NCBI GenBank assembly: GCA_964433435.1
Contig: CAYSRM010000003.1
Coordinates: 1 to 62,926 of the forward strand
Reading direction: 5' to 3'
DNA length: 62,926 nucleotides
Source: an uncultured Victivallales bacterium
GTDB taxonomy: Bacteria > Verrucomicrobiota > Kiritimatiellia > UBA8416 > CAYSRM01
The notes under the pieces are model-generated. The model worked only from the letters and a program-made list of their open reading frames with translations. It was not told the DNA's origin and did not search any database. This document shows, in pieces, positions 26,554 through 36,708 of this stretch (its first letter is position 1; the number at the start of each line of letters is the position of its first letter). The position numbers were made by a program, and so were the translations under genes.

Positions 26554-27807
26554 TTATCTTGCCATATCCAGGAGGCTGTCCGCGAACCGGCTGAAATTCC
26601 TGTCTGCATGGCAGCTTTGCTCCCATGTTTGTCGCGCGGCAATGGCCTTTTGTTCAATCGCGGCTCTATCTTTGATCATTCGCCATATGTCCGAAGCAAT
26701 CCGGTCAGGATCGGGAGCCGGATCCAGAAGTATTCCGTTTTCGGCATTGACTATCTCCGGGGTGCCCCCGACACGTGTAGCGGCAACGGGAATTCCGCAG
26801 CTAAACGCTTCCATTATGGACACCGGTATGCCTTCGGATCTGCTGACATTAACAAAAACGTCCGTGCGGTTGTCGCGATAAAAGCGGAGAACCTTTTCCG
26901 GCGGTATATGGCCGGTAAAGCGGCAGCTAATATTGGCGGGCATATGCGTTGCTGAATGTTTAAGACCGTCGAGCCGTTTCCCTCCTCCAATATGGGTCCA
27001 CTCAAACCGGTTCGCGGGGTGGCACGCGGCAAGTTTTTCCAGGGCGCGGGCCAGAAGAGAAAGTCTTTTTACCGGTTTGACCATTGAACACGAGACAATC
27101 CTGAGTATGTTGTCCTCGGACCGCTTTGAAACGAAGCCGGGATCTTTCACGCCAAGTCTTGCAATCTCTACTTTGCCGTAGAGCCGGGGATACCGGGTCA
27201 CGAGATGGTTACGGCCGTTTTCGGAAACTGTGAACAGTTTTTCCAGTTTTTTGAGATATTCTTCGCGGAAAGGAAACCATGGCGGTTTTTTTCTCTGTTC
27301 ATACACATCAGCCCCGTGGGCCCTTGATACGATTCTGATCCCGGGGTTGTTTTGCTCTGCAAAGGCGGCTGCGAGAGTAAGCCGGCCGAGCCAATAGCTG
27401 TATATGATTGTTTTCTGCGTGTCAAGGGCTTCATTGCGCACGATAAATTCGAGGCGTTTACGGATCTGATCGGCGCATCCCAGAGTCGCAAGCGCGCGTA
27501 CTGTGCCCCTTGGCTGAATTGCCATTCCGGGAAAGGAAGCAAGTTCTTTCCACAGGCGGCGGGATATGACATTTTTTACATACATAGCGCCCCGCGGGAA
27601 TTTGTCTTTTCCTTTGTTGTCGCCGTTCTCATCAATTTCAATTCCATCGGGCAGCGGGATTTTTTTTCCTTCATGTTGTTCTGAAACAACTATAATTCTA
27701 TCGAACCGCCGGCTGAGGCATGAGAGTTCGGGTTCAATGAACGGTTTCTCGTAGGCCTTGTCGTAAGGGTAGGAGTATGTCAGTATGATCAGAGTAGTAC
27801 AACTCAT
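26554..27807 (-). CDS. GT4-family glycosyltransferase
   Basis: YSYW, RAHGADVY, NVSRSEGIPVSIMEA and ATRVGGTPE. Confidence 0.9.
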   Translation of the reverse strand: MSCTTLIILTYSYPYDKAYEKPFIEPELSCLSRRFDRIIVVSEQHEGKKIPLPDGIEIDENGDNKGKDKFPRGAMYVKNVISRRLWKELASFPGMAIQPRGTVRALATLGCADQIRKRLEFIVRNEALDTQKTIIYSYWLGRLTLAAAFAEQNNPGIRIVSRAHGADVYEQRKKPPWFPFREEYLKKLEKLFTVSENGRNHLVTRYPRLYGKVEIARLGVKDPGFVSKRSEDNILRIVSCSMVKPVKRLSLLARALEKLAACHPANRFEWTHIGGGKRLDGLKHSATHMPANISCRFTGHIPPEKVLRFYRDNRTDVFVNVSRSEGIPVSIMEAFSCGIPVAATRVGGTPEIVNAENGILLDPAPDPDRIASDIWRMIKDRAAIEQKAIAARQTWEQSCHADRNFSRFADSLLDMAR

Positions 27808-27899
27808 GTCTTTTTCTCAATCTTCCTGCTTGTACGCATTACGATCCGTTTGTATTGTTGCATTTCAGAATACTGCCAGATCAAGACGGACAATTTAAT

Positions 27900-28664
27900 A
27901 TGGGCCTGAAAACTATAAAAAGAACTCTATCCGCTTATTTTCGTTTTCTCCAGTTTTTAATTAACATCAGGCTGACCCGCGATAAGTTGAAACGGCACGG
28001 GCAGCGAATCGGGGGCAGGATACTGGATATCGGAGCCGGCGATCAGCCGTACAGGGATTGTTTCCCTCGAGCCAAAGAATACGTTGCCACTAACAAGCAT
28101 AGCCATTATGGTGAGCAGGATTCCGAAAATATAGCCAGTTTTACCGACGTATGGCTCGACGATGCAAAGTCGCTCCCCTTTAAAACAGGTTCTTTTGATG
28201 CCGTCCTGTGTTTCCAGGTTTTGTCTCTGGTTGCCGAGCCACAGGCATTATTTGCGGAGGCTGCCCGTGTTCTCCGGCCTGGCGGGCTTTTTGTTCTGAC
28301 AACGGATTTTCTTTATCCCAAATGGGATAATGAAGATCTTATGCGGCATACGGACAGGCATCTTACAGAATTGGCAAAAGCCTCGGGTCTGATTGTGGAA
28401 ACGATGGAGTCGACCGGCGGCGTTTTTGCCATGATACATTGTTGTCTCACCCGTTATATTCGCGGTTATCCTCAGAGAGTAACTTCCGCTTCAGGTATAT
28501 TTTCCCGCGCGCTTAAGGCGCTGGTTCTGATATTTTATCTTGGTATTACCCCTTTTTACAGTATAGCCGGTTACTTTATATACCTGGCTGAACGCAAGCA
28601 GAACAATGAGTTTGCCTATACGGTTAACTCGCTTGTCATATGTCGTAAGCAGAATGCCGGATAA
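27900..28664 (+). CDS. Class I SAM-dependent methyltransferase
   Basis: ILDIGAGDQPY, LPFKTGSFDAVL and ARVLRPGG. Start set at ATG 27900. Confidence 0.85.
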   Translation: MGLKTIKRTLSAYFRFLQFLINIRLTRDKLKRHGQRIGGRILDIGAGDQPYRDCFPRAKEYVATNKHSHYGEQDSENIASFTDVWLDDAKSLPFKTGSFDAVLCFQVLSLVAEPQALFAEAARVLRPGGLFVLTTDFLYPKWDNEDLMRHTDRHLTELAKASGLIVETMESTGGVFAMIHCCLTRYIRGYPQRVTSASGIFSRALKALVLIFYLGITPFYSIAGYFIYLAERKQNNEFAYTVNSLVICRKQNAG

Positions 28665-28673
28665 GTGTTGCGA

Positions 28674-29780
28674 TCAGCTTGTCATATCTGAATCCGCATC
28701 GCCGCGTGAAATGAACCATTTGCCGGACGGATCTTTCATCCGTCCGGTCAGTTCCGGGTTGCCGGGGACATGGGCCAGGCAGTCGTAGCTCCAGAATGTG
28801 TGCGGCGGGATTTCGGCGAAGCCTGCATTTTTCAGGACGCTGTCAAACGCATTGCCTGCCGAACATATTTCGATAGACGCTGCTCCCGCTGAGCGGAGGA
28901 AGGCTGCGGACTGTTGAACCAGGCCTTCAAGGATGGCATCGTATTCCAGACCGGGTTCTGCCATCAATTCCACTATGTGTCCGCGCTCTGCCTTTATCAT
29001 TTCTGTTGAAACAACTGCCATTCCAAACAACCGGCCGTTGTTCTCGGCTGCGAATACAGTATATTTATCGGATGGGCAATCAGCATATCGCCAGTTCAGG
29101 TACTGGCTGTCGCGCACGATAATGAAATCATACTGTGCGGCGAAGCGTTCGAAAAGCTCATCAAAACGTGAGTCAAACTCGCGAATTCTCCGGAAGCTGA
29201 TTGCAGGACTTGTTGAGATTTTCCGCCCGCGCGTCAGGCGGCAGATTGCGCGCCCGGCTACCGTCCATCCGCCGGTTGCAGCTTTCGGCAGGCTTCGAAA
29301 TGAGACCTGCCTGAGCAGTGGCAGCAACCTGAGTGGTTTAATCATGACCTTAAAGCTTCTGATATGGTCCCAGCCTCGTTTACGCAGCAGGGGGCCGGAG
29401 TTACTGTTGGGAAGGACCAGGAATGCTGAGATGCCGCTTTTTACCGCCTCATCGATCATCCGGTCGGTCAGCGCTTTGAATATTCCTTCATGGCGGCGGG
29501 CAGGGTGAGTCATCAAATCGGCCGACCATAGGGCGCGAATTCTGTGTTCGCCACACTTAAGCGATGCGGGAATGGCGGGATGCATGCCTATGATCATGTT
29601 GTCTGATTCGGCCACCCAGATGTACGGACCATCGTTCAGATACGGGCTGGATTCATACTCCCATATCCAGTTCTTTTTGGAAAGCCCGGCTTTACTGTTT
29701 CCGTGGACATCTTTGTACAATGCGAAAACAGCTTCCCGGTCTTCAGGTCTGTATCTTCTGATTATGTAATTGCCGGGCAT
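28674..29780 (-). CDS. GNAT-family acyltransferase (tandem GNAT-like domains)
   Basis: IRRYRPEDR, DLMTHPARRHEGIF, PNSNS and YLNWRY. Start set at ATG 29780. Confidence 0.75.
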   Translation of the reverse strand: MPGNYIIRRYRPEDREAVFALYKDVHGNSKAGLSKKNWIWEYESSPYLNDGPYIWVAESDNMIIGMHPAIPASLKCGEHRIRALWSADLMTHPARRHEGIFKALTDRMIDEAVKSGISAFLVLPNSNSGPLLRKRGWDHIRSFKVMIKPLRLLPLLRQVSFRSLPKAATGGWTVAGRAICRLTRGRKISTSPAISFRRIREFDSRFDELFERFAAQYDFIIVRDSQYLNWRYADCPSDKYTVFAAENNGRLFGMAVVSTEMIKAERGHIVELMAEPGLEYDAILEGLVQQSAAFLRSAGAASIEICSAGNAFDSVLKNAGFAEIPPHTFWSYDCLAHVPGNPELTGRMKDPSGKWFISRGDADSDMTS

Positions 29781-30028
29781 ATTATATTTGCTTTTACTTT
29801 GTCTTATTCTGAGAATTCTGACATTTGATGATGAAATTCTAACCAGCTTTGGATCGCAAGACAAGTCTGGGCATGCGCAAACAGTGCGTTCTGAGAGTAT
29901 ATGCTACACCTGAAGCATCTGGGATCGGTCAAGGTGGAAGCAAAACGAGAATTGCTGTGCTGCGCGGGGTTGCGTTTTATCCTGGCAGTGTTTAAAGTCA
30001 GGGCTGGACATTGAAGGCAGGGAGCGAC

Positions 30029-31714
30029 ATGGAAAAGGAGACGAGGAGTCCGTTAAAGGTTGGTGTTATTCTTGATTCCCGTGTGACGCCGGCATGGATA
30101 TATCGAATGCTAGAAATAATCCGGCATGCGGATTGGGCTGAGATTGAGTTTTTCATTGCGGATGATTCCTCATCAGGAATCACCTCAGACTGGTCCCCGG
30201 GCGATCAAGCGGGCGGATTGTTCTTCCGGCTTTATATGAAGCTGGAGCGATTTGTCTGCAGGAGATCCGGCGACGTTTTTCAGAGAAGGGATATTTCCGG
30301 ACTCGCAGTAGGCAGCCCTGTAATTGAGATAAGTGTCCGAAATTCACAGCAGGGCGCAGTTGTGGATGAAGACGACGTTTCCAGAATACGCGACAGGGGG
30401 CTTGATGTAATTGTCCTTCCTGTTTTTTGCCGACTTGTCGGAGGAATTCTGAAATGCCCGCGGTACGGAGTGTGGTCTTTACTTCATGGCGACAGCCTGA
30501 CCATGAGGAATCAGCCGGCGTCCTTCTGGGAGGTCTTCGGGCACCGCGAGGTTACCGGCACATCGCTTCATGTTGTTCGCGGTGAAGACGCGGAATCTTC
30601 TGTTCTTGTCCGGTCCTATTCTTCCACGAGTCATTATTCGGTATTGAACAACCGCAGAAAGAATCTCTGGAAGGCGCTGCATTTTATCCCGCGCAAGCTG
30701 AGGGAGCTTTATGAGACCGGCGCTGACGACTTTTTCGGAAGGTTGCGCGACCGGAATGCACCGTTTCTGTTTTGCGACCGCGGCCAGCGGAAGGCGCCGG
30801 GAAACATTCGATTTGCCGGCGCATTCACAAGGCATCTGTCGCTGGTGGCTGCGGCGTCTCTGCGGGATATTGTTTTGCGCGAGGAATGGTTGCTTATGTA
30901 CAGGTGGGGCAGGGGGATATCTACGTCATTTTCGATGTTTGACTGCGAAGTGGCCCCTCCACGGGGGTTTCTGTATGCCGATCCTCATCTCGTGGAGCGG
31001 GACGGTGAGCACTTTGTTTTTTTTGAGATATCTCCGGACAGCGGACAACAGGGACATATAGCGGTTACGCGTGTGAACCGTGACGGCACGCACACTGTCC
31101 CGGAAAAGGCGCTGGAGCAGCCTTATCATCTTGCGTATCCTCTGATTATTGAATATGAAGACTCTCTATACATGATTCCGGACTCCGGCCACAATGAAAC
31201 CGTCGACGCGTACCGGTGCGATCACTTTCCAGACCAGTGGGTATATCATAAGACGCTGATGAAGGACGTGCTTGCGGTGGATCCAACTGTGTTCCGGCAT
31301 AATGGCAGATGGTGGATGTTCCTGAGCAGAAAAGAGGAGCCCGCCGCCTCTTATTCCGACGAGCTGTTTCTATATTATGCCGATTGTCCGCTGAGTGATT
31401 CCTGGACGCCTCATCCGATGAGCCCGATTGTTTCGGACGTGCGCAAGTCCCGTTCCGCGGGGCCGGTTATCAGGACTAACGGGAAGCTTTACCGTCTTTC
31501 CCAGAACTGCGCACGGTCATACGGGAGGGGTGTAAATATACATGAAATTGTTCTTCTCAATGAGTCGGAATACTGTGAAAAGGACATACAGTCCCTTAAG
31601 CCGGAGTGGTCGCCCGATCTCAGCGGCATGCACACGATCGCCAACGTCGGGGACTTGACTGTTATTGATGTCAGGAGGCGCCGTTTCAGGTGGCTGGAAT
31701 TCCGCCGCTCATAA
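30029..31714 (+). CDS. Formyltransferase-like N-terminal domain fused to a GINT1/GH43-like beta-propeller
   Basis: N-terminus 'GLDVIV...GILKCPRYGVWSLLHGD....R..PASFWE'. C-terminus 'YADPHLV...FFE', 'HLAYP', 'AVDPT' and 'RSAG...YRLSQ'. Confidence 0.6.
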   Translation: MEKETRSPLKVGVILDSRVTPAWIYRMLEIIRHADWAEIEFFIADDSSSGITSDWSPGDQAGGLFFRLYMKLERFVCRRSGDVFQRRDISGLAVGSPVIEISVRNSQQGAVVDEDDVSRIRDRGLDVIVLPVFCRLVGGILKCPRYGVWSLLHGDSLTMRNQPASFWEVFGHREVTGTSLHVVRGEDAESSVLVRSYSSTSHYSVLNNRRKNLWKALHFIPRKLRELYETGADDFFGRLRDRNAPFLFCDRGQRKAPGNIRFAGAFTRHLSLVAAASLRDIVLREEWLLMYRWGRGISTSFSMFDCEVAPPRGFLYADPHLVERDGEHFVFFEISPDSGQQGHIAVTRVNRDGTHTVPEKALEQPYHLAYPLIIEYEDSLYMIPDSGHNETVDAYRCDHFPDQWVYHKTLMKDVLAVDPTVFRHNGRWWMFLSRKEEPAASYSDELFLYYADCPLSDSWTPHPMSPIVSDVRKSRSAGPVIRTNGKLYRLSQNCARSYGRGVNIHEIVLLNESEYCEKDIQSLKPEWSPDLSGMHTIANVGDLTVIDVRRRRFRWLEFRRS

Positions 31715-33016
31715 TTGTTTCAGGGCATTGAGAAACACCTGTTTGTAGCAGTCGGTTTTAAGCGGATTGGCGAATAGCTGAAGTTTGTCCGAATATTTCA
31801 TGTATTTTTCTTTTCTGCCTGCGACTATCTCGGAGAGTATGTTTTTCAGTTCTGCTGCATTGTTGGCGGTGTTGGGGTATTCGGGATCGGTCACCAGTTT
31901 CAGATGATCGTTCTTAAGGACCTCTTTTATGTCTATGTAAGACGGATACTGATGAGGAAAATTGAAGTTCAACTGTACTATTGGAGTCTGTGTAAAGGAT
32001 GCTTCAAGCCCGATTGTTGACGCGAAGTTGATCAGGCACATGGCCTTTTCGATCTGTGATTGCCTTTCCAGGAGATCCTCTTTGGTCATTAAGATCATTT
32101 CTTCGGTAACATGCCCGAATTCCGCGAGTTCGATATTGGGGCGGTTTAAAAGCTTCCGGTACACCTCGTGCGCGTTTCGGTAAGGGTATGGCCTTACCAG
32201 CAGTTTCACTTCAGGATCGATGCTGTCGAGTATCCGGCGAATATTGATTACCATGTTTACTTCCTGGTCAGTATGTTCGGGAAGCGCTGTGGCGCAGGCG
32301 TACATCACGTAGCGTCCGGGGCCGCCGGGAGCGGGAGGTTTCTGGTTCCATTGCTCAATCAGATAGTCGAACTGGACAGGTCCGACAATATCGACCTTTT
32401 CGCGCGGGACCGGATGCAGTTTGCACAGTGCCTCGGCGCACTGTGAGTTCCAGACAAAATACCTGCTTGCGTTTTCCATGAACTCGTTGTCCTTCATGGG
32501 ATTATCCCAGCTGTAGACCCAGCACACTACTTTCAGCCCGTGGTTTTTTGCTTCGTAAATGATCCTCTTGTCGAACATGTGTACCGGGCTGAAGATGAAA
32601 ACATCGTACCGGCTGAGGAGTTTGCCATGGAAGTCGGATGTGCGAAATAGAAAATCCAGCGCATGACAGCAACGATATTTTCGAAAAGTGAAACGGGGCG
32701 CAATGTAGTTGACAAGTGTCAGCAAGCGTTGCAGGAGGGGCCCGCGGCGGATTTTTATTTCGCGTTTATAGCGGATATTATTGGTCGGCAGTTCGGATGC
32801 GAAAAGCTTAATGAAATAATAGATAAACCTGCGGGGGGTCTTATGCCTGGCAAGCATATGAACCGAAAAATCGTCTTTCAGTCTATTCCAGGTGGCTTTG
32901 TCATGTGTGGCGATTCCAAAATCTATTTTTCCCTTGAGATAGTAGAGCAGGTCCAGTTTCTCACACCGCCACCCGTCATCCAGCAGGAAGAGATATTTTT
33001 TTTCATGTTGCTTCAT
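31709..33016 (-). CDS. Hypothetical protein, probable GT-B-fold transferase (candidate nonulosonyl transferase)
   Basis: VYSWDNP, FVWN, VGPVQFD, LVRPYP and STIGLEA. It is the last gene of the neu cassette. Confidence 0.5.
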   Translation of the reverse strand: MKQHEKKYLFLLDDGWRCEKLDLLYYLKGKIDFGIATHDKATWNRLKDDFSVHMLARHKTPRRFIYYFIKLFASELPTNNIRYKREIKIRRGPLLQRLLTLVNYIAPRFTFRKYRCCHALDFLFRTSDFHGKLLSRYDVFIFSPVHMFDKRIIYEAKNHGLKVVCWVYSWDNPMKDNEFMENASRYFVWNSQCAEALCKLHPVPREKVDIVGPVQFDYLIEQWNQKPPAPGGPGRYVMYACATALPEHTDQEVNMVINIRRILDSIDPEVKLLVRPYPYRNAHEVYRKLLNRPNIELAEFGHVTEEMILMTKEDLLERQSQIEKAMCLINFASTIGLEASFTQTPIVQLNFNFPHQYPSYIDIKEVLKNDHLKLVTDPEYPNTANNAAELKNILSEIVAGRKEKYMKYSDKLQLFANPLKTDCYKQVFLNALKQL

Positions 33017-33054
33017 AAGTCATTGCCTGCCCGGCAGCCGGGCTGCCGATCAGT

Positions 33055-34212
33055 TCAGTATTGGATGGTCTTCTGGATTGGAGGTGAAATTGCGGCAAGT
33101 ATGTCGGCAATGTTTTCTCCGGCCGTGGCATCGCCGTACACAGGACTGCGTTCGTAATGGCCATGAGACATCTGTGTTTTTATGCCGTTGAGAATCTCTT
33201 TATGGTCATAATCTACGTCCAGGACATTCGGCCCCCGGACGCGTTTATTCTGGCGTGAGCCTATATTTACAACCGGCGTGCCTATAAAGGCGCTTTCCCT
33301 GATTCCGGAGCTGCTGTTGCCTATCAGGCAGGATGTGGTTCTCAGGAGATGGATATAGACGTGTGTCGGCAGGTTTTTGAAGAGATGGAGCCAGGCGGGG
33401 TTTTTCTGCTCTCTGAAAGTCCTCATTCCTTTGGCAACAAGATCGCTGCCCGCGTCTACGTTGGGCCACAACATGATAGTATTAACCGCCAGCTTGTCCA
33501 GGGCCCGGAGCGTTTCTTCTATCTGCCGTCTGCTGTCTCCGAATTCGGTTGTTACCGGATGTTGAGAAACCAGCAGGAAAGGCTCGTCGACTGAAAATAT
33601 TCCGCCCACTCCAGAGTGCATGTTCAGCTCGGCATGAAGGATTTCTTTAGAAGCATTTTTCAATTCTTCTTTCACCAGGTCCATTCGGGGACATCCCACA
33701 TTAAATACATACTGGGGATCTTCTCCCATCTTTATTATTCTTTCACGCGCGTCTTCGTTGGCGGGAAAATGCACGTGCGCAAATTTTGTCATTGCATGCC
33801 GAATGCTTTCGTCAATGGTTCCGCTGACCTCGCCGCCCATGGTATGGGCTATTCGTATATTCATGTAAGACGCTGCTATAGCTGCGGACATCATCTCGAA
33901 CCGGTCTCCAACTATTACCACGAAATCCGGCTCCAGGTTTCGCAGGATCATCGCCATTTCTATAATGCCCAGCCCTGTTGACTTGGCCATTGTTGCCGGG
34001 TTTTCGCCCTCCACTATATTATGGAACGTGTAGTCCGGCTCAAATCCGTCTTTGCGGACCAGATTGATAACCGAACCGAATCTTTCCAGCAGTGCGGAAG
34101 CTCCTGCGACAACCTGCAATTTGAGATCCGGGTGTTTCTTTACGGCTGTCATGACAGCCTTGACGCTGCTGTAGTTGGCGCGGCTGCCGATAAAAACACA
34201 TATTTTTCGCAT
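33055..34212 (-). CDS. neuC: Hydrolysing UDP-N-acetylhexosamine 2-epimerase (NeuC/LegG family)
   Basis: GSRANYS, GDRFEM, HTMGGEVSGTIDESIRHAMTK, SQHPVT, WPNVDAG and GNSSSGIRE. Confidence 0.9.
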   Translation of the reverse strand: MRKICVFIGSRANYSSVKAVMTAVKKHPDLKLQVVAGASALLERFGSVINLVRKDGFEPDYTFHNIVEGENPATMAKSTGLGIIEMAMILRNLEPDFVVIVGDRFEMMSAAIAASYMNIRIAHTMGGEVSGTIDESIRHAMTKFAHVHFPANEDARERIIKMGEDPQYVFNVGCPRMDLVKEELKNASKEILHAELNMHSGVGGIFSVDEPFLLVSQHPVTTEFGDSRRQIEETLRALDKLAVNTIMLWPNVDAGSDLVAKGMRTFREQKNPAWLHLFKNLPTHVYIHLLRTTSCLIGNSSSGIRESAFIGTPVVNIGSRQNKRVRGPNVLDVDYDHKEILNGIKTQMSHGHYERSPVYGDATAGENIADILAAISPPIQKTIQY

Positions 34213-34221
34213 GAAATGCTC

Positions 34222-34947
34222 CTAACCTGATTTTTTGAAGGCCCCATTTTTTTCGTTACGTTTCCGAAGAATACACTCACAAAGTTCAAGATCAAAGAAT
34301 TCATCAATGTCGAAGGAAGTTTCTCGTGACATAAGATACGGCAGAATAATCTTTCCGTATATGGAGTTATTTCGCAGGCATTCGCGTGTGAAGGCGTAAA
34401 TCGCCGCCCCGTTACGCGCGTAAAATTCAGGTTTCATCTGGCGCAGATTCTGTTGTTCGTCATTGGGGAGAAAATGTACAAGCCTGTTGCCCTTCATTTT
34501 CATGATGGAGTAAGGATTACAATTGTGCGGCGCTTTGATGACGCTTACGATGGAGTCAGCATTCGAGTTGACCAGTTTTTCAAGCGCCTCATCAATATGG
34601 CGGGTTGTGCGCAGCGGAGATGTTGGCTGGAGCAGGGTTATATAGTCGACAGTCTGTTTTTCCTGTTCTTCAATGAATCTGACCGCATGTTTGATAACGG
34701 GAAGAGCCGGGGTATTGTCCTGGGCCAGTTCCGCGGGGCGCACAAACGGGGTTTCGGCGCCGTACTGGTTTGCGGTTTCGATGATTTCTTTGTCCTCCGA
34801 AGATACGATCACTCTGGATATGAACCTGCTTTTTCTTGCCGCTTCTATTGTCCATGCAATAAGAGGTTTTCCGCCGAGCTTGCGGAGATTTTTGCGTGGG
34901 ATGCCTTTTGAGCCGCCTCTTGCCGGAATTATTGCGGTGATATTCAT
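34222..34947 (-). CDS. neuA: CMP-nonulosonic acid synthetase (acylneuraminate cytidylyltransferase)
   Basis: IIPARGGSKGIPRKN, PFVRPAELAQD, LQPTSPLR, NGAAIY and DIDE. Start set at ATG 34947. Confidence 0.92.
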   Translation of the reverse strand: MNITAIIPARGGSKGIPRKNLRKLGGKPLIAWTIEAARKSRFISRVIVSSEDKEIIETANQYGAETPFVRPAELAQDNTPALPVIKHAVRFIEEQEKQTVDYITLLQPTSPLRTTRHIDEALEKLVNSNADSIVSVIKAPHNCNPYSIMKMKGNRLVHFLPNDEQQNLRQMKPEFYARNGAAIYAFTRECLRNNSIYGKIILPYLMSRETSFDIDEFFDLELCECILRKRNEKNGAFKKSG

Positions 34948-34949
34948 AG

Positions 34950-35909
34950 TCAGTTTGCCGCTGTTCCGGTCCACAAGCTGCGTTCCGGGAGGTTGTCGAT
35001 GCTATTCAAATCCTGAGCGTCTATTCTTCCCAGCAGCAGCGGTTCTGACAGATTGGAATTGCGCGCGCGTTCCATTGTATAAGCTGCCCGGTAGCCGCAC
35101 TCTGCCGCGGATTGCGCGGTTTTCCTGTTTACGGCGTCCACATTCCCGAACGGATAACTCATCGCGGAAATTTCTCTCTCAGTCATCTGTTTTAGCATAA
35201 TCCGGCTGGCGGACAGTTCTTCGCTCATCTCTTTTTTCGAAAGCCGCCCGAGCGGAACGTGCGACATTGTATGGGCGCCGACAGCATCGCGGCGGCCAAG
35301 GTCGGTGATCATATCCGTGTTCATATACGTCTGCTCGACAAAATCTTTTTTTCCGATATCCATGGTCTCAAGAAGGAAGCGCATAAAGGATTGAGCGAAA
35401 TCCCTTGTAGTGCAGTAATTCAGGTAATATTTGAGCCGCGCTGCTTCCGGCTTGTCGTATCTGTATCTTTGTAGAGCCTTTTTTACGCAGGGGTCTTTGC
35501 CAGGGGGTTGCATGCCTTTTTTTTCAGTAAACATGGCAAGCTTTCGGTATATTAGACTGTCTCCCAGAGTTGCGCGAACTAAATGAAGTTTATGAACCGT
35601 CAGTCCTCTATGCTCCGAATAAGGCTGGCCGCATACGAAAAAGGTTGCGGGTATACCGTATTTATCCAGAACAGGCAAGGCGTTTTCGTATTGGCACCTC
35701 AACCCGTCGTCGAATGTTATCATGCAGGACCGCTCGGGCAGATCCCTGCCGTTCAGTGCGTTGATAAGTTGTCTCAGGCTTATGAATTCAAACCGTTTGG
35801 CCAGTTGATTCAGATATTCGCTGAATTCATCCGTGTCCAGACTGTGGATCCCCGGATAAGGCATGCGGGGCATCCCAACATAATGAAAATTGACGGCGAT
35901 GTGGAACAT
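34950..35909 (-). CDS. Polysaccharide deacetylase (NodB/CE4 family)
   Basis: NFHYV, ITFDDG, GAHTMSH and SYPFG. Confidence 0.88.
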   Translation of the reverse strand: MFHIAVNFHYVGMPRMPYPGIHSLDTDEFSEYLNQLAKRFEFISLRQLINALNGRDLPERSCMITFDDGLRCQYENALPVLDKYGIPATFFVCGQPYSEHRGLTVHKLHLVRATLGDSLIYRKLAMFTEKKGMQPPGKDPCVKKALQRYRYDKPEAARLKYYLNYCTTRDFAQSFMRFLLETMDIGKKDFVEQTYMNTDMITDLGRRDAVGAHTMSHVPLGRLSKKEMSEELSASRIMLKQMTEREISAMSYPFGNVDAVNRKTAQSAAECGYRAAYTMERARNSNLSEPLLLGRIDAQDLNSIDNLPERSLWTGTAAN

Positions 35910-35910
35910 A

Positions 35911-36708
35911 TCAGTTTTCCATTTTAATCAGTTGAACAGGAGCAACGGTCCCTTGATTTCTCTTTTCTACAAACCGGTCGATAAAACCGGACGATTCCAT
36001 CTTCCTGAGTTTTTCAATTGATTTGCCGTTCAGGTCGGCGCGCTTGTATAATTTGCCTTCTGACCACTGAGGCACGGAAAAAAGAGGGGTATTGTTGCTT
36101 ACAGCCTTCCGGGCAGCCAGCAGGAGATCGGCCGACTTTACAACCGTTTTGCAGCCTATAGTGTGCAGAGTATTTCCCGGCTCGATTTCGGGCCGATCAT
36201 GAGCAATTATGCCGCCACTATCGATATTCGGGTCCAGAAAATGGAGTGTAACTCCTATGTATTCAGGTTTGCCTTCCACGAACGGCCAGAAATTTGTCCC
36301 GCTCCCGCGATAGTAGGGCGACAGGCCCTGATGCAGGTTGAAAGTTCTTTTTTCAGGTATCACGTTCAACAGCGGCGGTTTTATTATGCCGCAGCCGAAG
36401 ACTGCCACCATGTCGGGATTATATTTTCTGACTGATTCAGCTATTTCAGCCTGGTTCAGGCGGCCGCGCGGCACAGTTTGCGTAGCATCGGCCAGATCCT
36501 GCCATTGGCATTCACTGAAAAATTTTTCTTCCGTTGTTGCCAGGCGTTGAAAGTGATCTTTGATTATTTCCCGGTCGGGATGATTTGCATAGAAACTTTG
36601 GAGTCCTTTTTCTTCGCGTATGATTTTCAGCGAGTTAAAGTGGTCTTTGAGGCGGTTGGCGAGATATGCGTGTCTCTTACCCGTGCTTGTCAACAGCAGC
36701 GCTTTCAT
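35911..36708 (-). CDS. N10-formyl-THF-dependent formyltransferase
   Basis: VFGCGII, NLHQGLSPYYRG (N-x-H) and VTLHFLDPNIDSG (catalytic Asp motif). Confidence 0.85.
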   Translation of the reverse strand: MKALLLTSTGKRHAYLANRLKDHFNSLKIIREEKGLQSFYANHPDREIIKDHFQRLATTEEKFFSECQWQDLADATQTVPRGRLNQAEIAESVRKYNPDMVAVFGCGIIKPPLLNVIPEKRTFNLHQGLSPYYRGSGTNFWPFVEGKPEYIGVTLHFLDPNIDSGGIIAHDRPEIEPGNTLHTIGCKTVVKSADLLLAARKAVSNNTPLFSVPQWSEGKLYKRADLNGKSIEKLRKMESSGFIDRFVEKRNQGTVAPVQLIKMEN

